From the NCBI GenBank assembly GCA_964016885.1, contig OZ024742.1, forward strand, positions 296,732,001 through 296,796,000: a stretch of 64,000 nucleotides of DNA, in the 5' to 3' direction. Both the position numbers and the translations under genes were made by a program. The number at the start of each line of letters is the position of its first letter. The stretch's first letter is position 1. Positions 53,289 through 64,000 of this stretch are shown here, piece after piece. The notes beneath the pieces are model-generated. The model worked only from the letters and a program-made list of their open reading frames with translations, was not told where the DNA came from and ran no database searches. Source of the DNA: Eledone cirrhosa (taxonomy: Eukaryota).

Positions 53289-53617
53289 CTATGTACTATA
53301 CATGCACTTTTGATGAGTTGTAGTGCACCTGAGCACTACACAATAATTTCATTATTATTTTTATATAAATTATTTATAAACTAACTCACCACATACATGA
53401 ACAAATACATATATTTTCAAAACATTTTGAATTTAAGTTGTAATTCTAATTTTTAATTTAATACATTTAGTGTAATATAATTTAACAAGAAACATATTGC
53501 TGATGTAAATTTAATTCTTATTTGGCAATCTGTTATTTTTCCTACAATTTCATATACAAATCAACATTAATGATACATTTCCTGAAAGTCAAGTTATATA
53601 TCTAAGATACATCAATA

Positions 53618-53666
<49 letters not shown>

Positions 53667-53688
53667 ATATATATGTATATACACATAT

Positions 53689-53900
53689 ATCATCATCATC
53701 ATCATTTTACGTCCGCTTTTCCCGGTTTGCAAGGGTTGGACGGGTCCTATTCAGCACAGCATCTCTCCACTTGTCACGGTCCTTCGTCATCTCCTCGGTG
53801 AGTTTCAATGATCTGAGGTCTGCTCTCACCATCTCCGCCCATGTTTTATGTGGTCTACCTCGACTGCATCTCCTTCTACTGAGATTTCTTGGCACTTCTT
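53689..53900 (-). mobile_element. RTE 3' fragment of a further subfamily
   Basis: RGRPHKTWAEMVRADL..L.LTEEMTKDRDKWRDAV and (GAT)n tail. Confidence 0.8.
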
Positions 53901-54419
53901 TACCCAGCAGTAATCTATAGTTCAAATCAGGAAAAAAACCCAAATTTTATATAAAATGATAATAATAATAATAATTTTGTATTGTATATATGTATTTATG
54001 TATGAATGTATGCATTCATTCATGTATGTATATATATATATGTATGCATGTATGTATGTTTGTATGCATGTATGTATGTATCTATATATGTATGTATATA
54101 TATATCATCCTCATAGTCATCATTATATGTCTGCTTTCTATGCTATCATGGGTTGTTTACTCTTTATTATATCCCACAAAACATTGTTTTAAAAAGTAAA
54201 GAACAATAAAATAAGCACCGGACATGAAAAATTGGTACTGTGATTGATAGGTTAGACTAAATCTTTTCAAGGCAGTGGCCCCAGAATGACAGCTGTCTAA
54301 GGACTGAAACCAGTAAAAGAATATAAAATTATTTTATTATATAAATCTTTCAATATGAACTATCATCAATGTAAAAAGATAAAACATTATATATGTATAT
54401 ATATATATATATGTATATA

Positions 54420-54464
<45 letters not shown>

Positions 54465-54467
<3 letters not shown>

Positions 54468-54944
54468 TAAACGGAATAGAAAATGCTGACAAATTGTTCA
54501 CAGTTGAAAAATGGTTTAATTAGGAATAAAAGAGTATTAGTGATTGTATGGGTTAGTATTCAGTTGTGGTTTTAAGTTTTTAAGTTTTTACCGGTTGCGC
54601 ATTTCTAAATGCTTTTCAAAAATAATTTTGAGATAGAGTGTCCGTGCTGTTTGCTCTGATCTGATTAGATTTGGGAATTCTACCTGTTTTTATGTTAAAA
54701 AAATGGCTCCAGCGTTATTTTTGTGTTGCAAAAATGCTTGTGGTCAAAACAATTTTGATTGGTCGGTAGAGGTCATGTGAATGTAAAAAGTTGATTTTGC
54801 GCCAAGACTGTTTTTATGTTAAAATGTTAGAAAAGTGGCTCCAGCAAAAATTATTGGTCAAAACAATTTTGATTGGTCGGTAGAGGTCATGTGGATAAAA
54901 AATTGGTTTTGCGCCAAGATTGAGAAATGACTCTTTCACAACAA

Positions 54945-54998
<54 letters not shown>

Positions 54999-55065
54999 TA
55001 GTAGTAGTAAGGTGTTCGATGCTGCGACAATAGCCACCAGCGATGTGTGTCAAATGGCTATTAAG
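54465..55065. mobile_element. Unclassified repeat, possibly Helentron/HINE-like
   Basis: Internal tandem duplication (~54690-54815 / ~54813-54920), (TG)n and (TAG)n tracts, short terminal hairpin aatagcca...tggctatt. Confidence 0.35.
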
Positions 55066-55239
55066 ATATTAAGATGTTTGACACACATCGCTGGTGGCTA
55101 TTGTCGCAGCATCGAACACCTTACTACTACTACTACTACTACACACACACACACACACACACACACATATTTGTTGTGAAAGAGTCATTTCTCAATCTTG
55201 GCGCAAAACCAATTTTTTATCCACATGACCTCTACCGAC
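54876..55239. repeat. Near-perfect inverted duplication at the 3' junction of an RTE
   Basis: Arms 54876-55054 and 55077-55239 appear identical apart from microsatellite length; 22-nt spacer. Confidence 0.9.
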
Positions 55240-56890
55240 GCTTGCATGGGTTTGGACGGGGGTAGTCCCACTTGAGGCAAGAGTGATTGTCTTGCTCGCA
55301 TAGGACTGTCTGGCAGGTTTTCTACAGTTGGATGCCCTTCCTAACACCAACCACATTTACAGTGTGGGTCTGGGAGGTTTTTACCGTGTTGCCTACACGG
55401 CCACATTACAGCGTGGACTGTGTGTTTTTTTGTCGTGACACCTACACGATCTCATTTGTTTTGGCCTCGATGGCGCGGCACCAACATAACTTTACATAGA
55501 ACGGGGTGGTGTGGATGGGGTGGGGGTGGTGGTGGTGGGACGGGGTGTATTTTGTTAGAGATGCCTACTGGCTGGAGTAGGTTTTACTATATATTTAGGT
55601 AAGGCGGGTCTTCTCTGTTACTGAGTACCGCCAAAGGTCTCGGTCCAGTGACATTGTCTTGGAGAGGTGTAAGTGTGTGATGTCGGAGTTTATCAGCTCG
55701 TCCCAGGTTTTTCTAGGTCTGCCTATTCCGTGACTACCGTCTATCTTTATTGCCCTGCACTTTGTTATACAGCTATCGACTTTCATGCGCATCACGTGTC
55801 CATACCAACGTAGCCTTCTCTCGAGTAAACAACATCTGATCCCTCTTATCTCTAATTTTTTCCTTAGTTCGTTTATGCTTTGCCGTTCACGTATATTACT
55901 GTTACACATCCAGCGGAGCATGCAAGCTTCATTCCTCTCTAGTCTGCGTATATCCTCTGCACACAATGCCCAGGTCTCACTGCCATGCAGCATTGCTGTT
56001 CGTATGCAGGCATCGTACAACCTGCCTTTCATTTTTAGTGAGAACCCTTTAGCAGCTAATAGTGGTATAAGATCTCTGAACTTTTTCCAACCAGTTCTGA
56101 CTCTAGCTACAGTACTTTCAGAGCACCCTCCCCCACTGCTGATTTTATCGCCCAGGTAACGGAAGCTGTCCACTATTTCTATAGAACCCTCTGCGCAATT
56201 GAAAGAGCTAGTATTTTGTGGGCACTTGCTGCTACTTATTGCACCAGAGCACCGGCCACATGTAAAATCTATGTTCTTAGTTAGCTTACCTGTGATCCCA
56301 CTACATCTTTTATGCACCCATACTTTGCATTTAGGACATAAAATGGAGTTTCTACCTACGCCTTTCCTACACACCGAGCACGACCATTTCCCAGAAGGGA
56401 CCGCCGCCTTGTTTTCTTTCCTACAAACTAGTACTTTGGTCTTAGCCAGGTTAATTTTAAGTCCTTTTGACTCTAGGCCGTGCTTCCATGTTTGGAATTT
56501 CTTCTCTAGCTCGGCCATTGATTCCGCTATGAGTGTCAGGTCGTCTGCGTATAGGAGTTCCCATGGGCAGCCTGTCTTGAACTCCTCTGTTATAGCCTGA
56601 AGGGCAATAATAAATAGTAGTGGGCTGAGAACAGAGCCCTGATGGACGCCAACTTTTACGCTAAACTCTTCACTATATTCGTTGTTAATTCTAACCTTGC
56701 TAACTGTTTCTTTATACATGGCTTGTATAGCCCTCACAAGCCATTCGTCAACGCCTAGTTTTCTAAGAGCCCACCAGATAATGGAGCGGGGGACTCTGTC
56801 GAAGGCTTTCTCCAAGTCGACAAAAGCTAAGTAGAGGGGTTTACCTTTAGCTAGGTGCTTCTCCTGTAGTTGTCGTACTATGAAAAGTGA
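55240..56890 (-). mobile_element. 5'-truncated RTE LINE, divergent subfamily, also with PHD-type finger
   Basis: Uninterrupted frame from LFIVRQLQEK to stop at 55595: DLEKAFD, QGSVLSP, YADD, CSVC...CPKC...H..C...CGRC, FRYLG; 5' end abuts (TA)n; (GAT)n tail absent. Confidence 0.95.
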
Positions 56891-59800
56891 TATATATACA
56901 TATATGTATATGTATATATTTATATATATATATTTTTTCACACACACCCACCCACCCATATATGTATATATATATTTCAATGATCTCAATGCATTCATGA
57001 ATTATAAGGAGCAAGATATTGTTTGTTTTTTCTTTTCTTTAATTAATCAATATTTTTTCTATGATTTAATGTCATATTTGATTCACCCAATGGGTAATTT
57101 ACATAGAAAATGTTTATTTGACCTTTCTATAATATTTTTTGTCTTTCAAACTAACAACCACTGAATAAATTTTCTTTAGTGATAACTTGCTAGCAGGGAA
57201 AATGGGTGTTAAATGATTATGATGAAGTTGCTGCTTCTTCTGCTGCTGCTGATTATTATTTTACCTCTGATAATATATTTATAACATTTTACTTCTGAGA
57301 ATTATTCAAACATTTAATGTCATATTTTATGACTCATCCAATATATAATTTACATAGAAAATGCTTATTTGACCTCGCCTTAACATTTTTGTCCCTTGAG
57401 ATAACAACAACTAAAAACATTTTATTTTGTAATAAATTTAGTAACATTTTACACTCAGACCTCTGAGAATATATTCAAATATTTTGCTTCCAACAAAAGA
57501 AATGGAAGATGTAATTTACATAGCTAGAAGGGGACTAAACTCCCACAAGTTAACAAGCCTCTTTATTTTGTTATTATTCTTTACATTGATCACAGGGGGT
57601 GATGCTACTGTTAAACATAAACAGAAAATTACTAACTTGCAACAATTTACAAGGATCGAAGAAAGGAAATTCCATCTATATTTATTACATTATTTTAATA
57701 AAGTACCAGTAATACTTGTGCCAAAAGTAGAAACAATTATATTAATTTTAGAGATATAAAACAGAAAATAAGTAAACAACTGATTATAGTATTGAAAGGA
57801 AGGACCAATAATTAAACATCTCCAGTGAGATTGTTTCTCTTGTAGAAATCAACATAAATTTAAACAACCTACCATATATATTCCTCATGTATATGTCACA
57901 CTGGTAGGGAAGTCACACTCCCATTTTACATACAAAATTTTCAATGCACCATATATTTTGAAATAAGATTTTGTATGTTCAGTAGATATGTCACAAGCTG
58001 GTCTTTCATGTCATATTTTTGTAGAAAAATATGTAACATATACATGAGAATATATGGTATATATATTTCTGAGATGTGTCCTTATTATTAATTTGTCCAA
58101 ACTTGATTGAACCTCTAAATTTAACACACTACATTTTGGAGACATATATTCTCTGATTGTCTACAGGCAGCCCCATTTTACAGCATGTCCTGGAGATGGT
58201 TGCTTCTGACAGGATCTGCTAGAAGGAGTGTTTGAGGACTCAGCCGACACAACCCTCTAAGGAATAAGTGGTCAAAGAAGAAGATGTCCATATCAACAGC
58301 ATCAGATAACAAGCATTGCAGTATCTCATAATAGCTCTGAGTTGTTTAGTATTTTGATCACCTTTCATCACTTCTGCCCAGTTTTTCCTCAGCCTTCTTC
58401 TGCAACTTCCTTCCACTTGGAACTGTGGCAATGTCTACCCCTATCAATTATCCCTCATATATATCATGTGTCCATACTTGTACAATCATCTCTCATTCAC
58501 CCTACATGAAAATGTATATTATATTATAATTAATATTATATTATAATATAATAATTAACTTATCCTCTCGTATTTTCTTTTACCCAAAGCCAGGAACTTT
58601 TCAGCAGCACCATGTACCATCTACTTCTATCTTATCATCGTTTTCTTAATTTTCTTTCTTTTAATATTGCCCAGCTCAGGTTTTCTCTGTTGCAATATCT
58701 ATATATATATCTGAGTGACTTCCATCCATTACACAATGTGTGTGTGTGGTGGTGAATGTATGTGTGTGTAAAAAGAAGGAAGAAGATGGTAAAAAAACTG
58801 TAGCAAAACAGCAGCTGGCATTCCATTTGCTATGTTGTGTGTGAGCGTAAGTGTAAGTGTTTGTATAAATGTATGTGTATGTGTGTTTGTGTGAATGTAT
58901 GTCTGTGACTGTGTATTTTTGTAAGTGTGTCTGAATTTGCACGTTTATATTTATATACTCATACATATAAATGTATGCATATGCACACACAAAGATACAC
59001 ACACATATATACACATATGCGTCAGCATGTTGAAAAAATTTCTAGTCTTCTAAAACACATACTACACACACTTGATCCATCAAATCCTTTGACATCTAAC
59101 TAACCAAATTTAATATATTATATTCAGCTTGTTTCTTTGCACCAATTACTTTGTATGATATCTGTTATCAGAAGCAATGAAGATAGTTCCTAATATCCAG
59201 ATCTGTAATTCAGTATAAGATATAAATTAGTTATTATAGGATGATGATCTCTAATGATATTCTTGCTAAAAATTCTAAAATATATTACATTTGATAGGTA
59301 ATCATCTGATCATTTGTATAAAATGATAGAAAAGTTTTATTTCCCATTAGGAATACGAAAGAAAAAGAATATAAAGATAGAAAAAAAGAAACAAAAGTTA
59401 GAATTTGTTGCAAGTATTCAGTATAAATAGTTGTTAGTGTGTCTAGATATTTCATGTTTGGATTTGGCAGTATAAATTGCATTACAAGAGCTAGAATTTG
59501 TATTTGGATGTCAATAGCAATAGTTAATGGCGATGTTTTGGATAAGATAAACTAAATATATCATTAAAAGATGGCCACAACATTTAGATATTTTGATGAG
59601 TGATGGTAACATTTCTAAAGTTAGTCTTGATTAGCCTTAAGGACATCTAAGTGACTTTTTATTATAGCTTTTCAGATGTAATTTTTAGATAACTTAAAGT
59701 GAGGATTTTTTTTAGGATATATATTTTCTATGTTATTGATAAGTTATCAAGATATGAGATAAACAGAGCATACAGAATATTTAACACTATATTGGTATCT

Positions 59801-61161
59801 ATTAATCCTACGGACAACAACAGAAACAGTAGAAACAGCAGCATTGGCAATCATTTTATCACCATTGTCTTTGCTAAAGCAGACATAAGGATTGAAAGCT
59901 CCATGACAAGCTTCTCCATTTAACCCTACTGTCTGCTTTGCTGCTCACTAACCCTCTAGCTTTCATTTCCTCCTCCATCATCTTTAGCCATAGGTTTTGG
60001 GACTTTGCTTTCCTCTATTTTCCTCCTTCCTCAACACATGTCCTAAACATCTCATTCATTTTCGTTTCAGAACTTTTATCACTAGCTATATTCCCATCTA
60101 TTAGTCCTATATTCCTTTATAATAAGTTGATCCTGACTATATAAAACAACTGAGAGCTAATACATTTTTACAGACCTCTTGTGGAATAAAAGTTTCTTAC
60201 AAGGCACATAACCTAGAAATATTGATGGCAAGGAACAGTTGATTTTATCAATTTGACAGAGTCAGTAAAGCATTGGATATTTGTTTCAGCTCTCTGCTCT
60301 CTTCAAATCAAATTACTTGTTGATATCTACTTTTCCATCACATCCTGGATATTTCACAAGATCAAGGGATCAAAGTTTGAGAAGGCTTCTAAATCTGTAT
60401 CTGTTTGTGATTGCATGGGTACTTAAAATCCTTAGTGAAAGCATAGGACATACTACCAAGTCATATTTAATTACATATGACAGTTGTAGGTACATGTCTC
60501 TAAAGTTGAAAATCTGGCTGGTGCTTATCCCAGTTTCCATGGCATGAATTGACCAAGAGTACAAAACTTCCCCCTGGACAGGACATCAGTCCATCACAGG
60601 GTTAAACCCCTAGCTATTGCTGGTACTCATTTCCAGCTGAGTATACTGAAACAATGTGAAATGAAGCATTTTACTCAAGAACACAACACACAACTAAGCC
60701 CAGGAATCAAACACATGACATTTTTATCATAAAACAACACTCTTACTACTAGGCCATGCGTGCTTCCATGGTTGGTACATGATTTTATTAATTTTGGAAG
60801 GATTAAAAGCAAAGCTTACCTGAGTCAGATTTGAAGATAAAGAGCTGGAACAAATACTTCAAGTTGGTTTTTCTGACACTCATATTATTTTGTCAACCCA
60901 TCATTCTTGAACAATACCATTACATTTTACATAACTTATAAATATCTTTATGAAATAGTGTGAACTCAACACACATATGTGTCTGTTCGACTTTAAAAGT
61001 TTAAAACTATGACAATACAAACATAAACAAAGAACAACATTGGAAATTTGCAACCTCAGAATATTTTGCCAAAGAATTCTGTAATCTAATAAGATATCTT
61101 TGAATGCAATTCTGAGTAAAATTTTTGTATAGAGGGACCAGCAGTACAAGTCAGCAGCAAC

Positions 61162-63096
61162 GTAGTAAGTAAGGCAATCAAAGATATAAAGATGGGGAAG
61201 GCAACCAGTCCATCGGGTATAGCTGCCGAGATGCTGAAGGCATCTGGGTCTGTAGGTCACACTATAACCACACGTATTGTTAACCAGGTAATACTAGAAG
61301 GTGTCATACCAAAAGATTGGTGCAGTAGCATCATTGTCAACTGCTACAAAGGTAAAGGCGATGCACTAGATAGAGGAAACTATAGAGGTATAAAGTTGAT
61401 GGACCAGGTCATGAAAGTAACAGAAAGAGTTGATTAGAGACCGGGTGAAAATAGACGAGATGCAATTTGGGTTTGTACCAGGAAGAGGCACCACTGATGC
61501 CCTCTTCCTTGTGAGGCAATTACAGGAAAAGTACCTAGCTAAAAGTAAGCCACTCTACTTGGCATTTGTCGACCTTGAGAAAGCCTTTGACAGAGTTCCA
61601 CGTGCTGTAATCTGGTGGGCTCTTAGAAAACTAGGAGTAGATGAATGGCTTGTGAAAGTGGTACAAGCCATGTATAGGGGAGCAGTCAACAAAGTTAGGA
61701 TTAGCAATGAGTATAGCGAGGAATTTAGCGTACAGGTTGGGGTCCGCCAGGGCTCTGTTCTTAGCCCCCTCCTGTTCATCATAGTCCTGCAGGCAATAAC
61801 GGAGGAGTTTAAGACCGGATGCCCATGGGAACTCCTGTATGCTGATGACCTCGCATTCATAGCTGAATCTATGGTAGAACTAGAGAATAAATTCCAAACT
61901 TGGAAGCAGGAACTAGAAAGAAAGGGTCTCAAAGTCAACATGACAAAGACTAAGGTCCTTGTAAGTAGACGAGAAAACAGAACCCAGATCCCCTCAGGGA
62001 AATGGCCTTGCTCAGTATGTAGGAAAGGTGTAGGTAGGAACTCCATTCTCTGCCGCAAATGCAAACAATGGGTACACAAGAGATGTAGCGGGATCTCAGG
62101 AAGCTTAATTAAGAATGTAGGCTTCACATGCAGCAGCTGTGCTGAGACAGCAAGCAACAAACAGCCACAGGAAACAAGTACCACCAATCTCTGGGAGGGC
62201 TCTGTAGAAAGAGTAGACAGCTTCTGCTACCTAGGTGACTGAATTAGCAGCGGCGGTGGGTGTTCAGAAAGTACAATAACTAGGGTAAGAACGGGATGGA
62301 AGAAGTTTAGGGAACTACTACCACTGCTAGCTGCAAAAGGCTTCTCCCTCAGAATGAAAGGCAGACTGTATGATGCGTGTATCCGAACAGCAATGTTGCA
62401 TGGTAGTGAGACCTGGGCGCTGAAGGTGGAAGACTTACGTAGATTAGAGAGAAATGAAGCCTGCATGCTCCAATGGATGTGTAACAGTAATATACGTGAA
62501 CGACAAAGCATAAATGAATTGAGAGAGAGACTGAGCATAAGAGGAATCAAATGCCGTGGGTAGGAGAGGCGGTTGCGTTGGTATGGACATGTGATGCGTA
62601 TGAAGGATGACAGCTGCATAAAAAGGTGCAGAGCACTAGAAGTTGATGGAAACCGCGGAGTGGGGAGACCCAAGATGACCTGGGATGAGGTGATAAAAGC
62701 CGACCTTACCAAATTACACCTCTCAAAGGCAATGACACACGACCGTGACTTCTGGCGTCACGCAGTAATACAGGGTACCCGACCTCCCATGGGTACAAGT
62801 TGAAGCATATAGACAATATGCCCCCACTGCAAGGTGGTCGTGGAGGTGCCACGGCAAAAAAGCACCCAGCCCACACTGTAAAGTGGACGTGGAGGTGCCA
62901 CGAAAAAGCACCCAGCACTCACTGTAAATGAGGTTGGTGGTAGAAAGGGCATCCAGCTGTAGAAATCAAGCCAAATCAGTTCCTGTATGAGCAAGGCATG
63001 GTCAGCCGACCAGACACCTCCCACAACAGGACAACCCGTCTAACCCATGCTAGCGTGGAAGAACGGACGTAAAATGGTGATGATGATGATGATGAT
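61162..63096 (+). mobile_element. 5'-truncated RTE LINE copy 4 (longest; frameshift and stops)
   Basis: KA..PSGIAAEML...NYRGIKL, small deletion near 61432, QFGF.PGRGTTD, YADD, finger, TGA 62240-62242, TAG 62561-62563, (GAT)n tail. Confidence 0.95.
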
Positions 63097-64000
63097 ACAC
63101 TTTTTTAATTTTCATAGATTTTATCAAAAATACAATTAGTTCATCTTCTATCCAAAGAGGTTTTCATCAAGATCCAGGTAAAAACAAAATAGAAATATGC
63201 AATGCACACACAATCACTACACATTGTCATCATCATTATCATTTTCAAATCTATTTTCATATGTTTGCATTGGTTGGATAGGTCTTCCATCTCACAGTGT
63301 CTCAGTACTGGAAGCCTTTGTCATTTCCTTTATGAGATCAGTTTTCACCACCTCTGCTCACATCTTTCTTGGTCTTTTATTTTCTATATCCCAAGGTTTT
63401 TTACTATATTTTCCCACTTATTTATAGTGATATTTCCATTTATGTCTGGTCTGCATTGCCTTCATCCTCCTCAGAGCTGACAAAATAAGTATGAGACAAA
63501 AAGTAATGTGGTTGATATAATTGACTTAAATCCTTGACTATATTGCCTCAGTCCAATGACTGAAACCATCAAATGAATAATCAATAAGAACCACTTACTT
63601 AACTAATTTTATGTTATCTATTCTATAACACTTAAATAGTATGTTGTTAAAGAGTCCTTTAATTAATAGTTACTGTATACTTAGTTAATATGAAATGTGT
63701 TATTCAAAGTCATAGGTGGAATATATATTGCATCTAAAGTCCAGTAATTAAAGATACAAGTCTCCCTATGTTTTAATCATGTTCAGTGTTATCTCTGATG
63801 AAATAATTGGCAATGTGTTACATTCAGACTCTCATAATTTACTAACTTTCTTTTACCTCCAATGTTTACCTTAATAATTTAACTAAACAGTTATCATTAT
63901 CACACCTTGAAATTTATTTCACCTATGAGACATACTACTACATTAATTGTATCTAATAAGTGAACACATTGACACAGTAGTAACTTTGCAGTATATTACC

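Noticed and set aside
59500-60150. Possible decayed LINE coding sequence on the minus strand
   Set aside because: No diagnostic motif could be recovered by eye.

Overview
AT-rich eukaryotic (metazoan) intergenic or intronic DNA; the repeat repertoire is what I associate with octopus/cephalopod genomes (inference, not verified). No convincing host protein-coding exon was found, and most ORFs in the track are microsatellite or antisense artefacts. The window is a retroelement landscape: five young 5'-truncated RTE-clade LINE copies with (GAT)n tails whose reverse transcriptase carries a C4HC3 PHD-type finger between the YADD and YLG motifs; a near full-length decayed Penelope-like element (RT + GIY-YIG) between ~510-bp inverted repeats; a second Penelope-like RT fragment; three unrelated small repeat families each carrying a type I hammerhead ribozyme motif; many tRNA-derived SINEs, several forming fold-back palindromes that include flanking DNA; a non-autonomous Helitron nested in an old RTE; a TTAA piggyBac-type MITE; Vingi-like, Helitron-Rep and piggyBac remnants; and micro/minisatellites.
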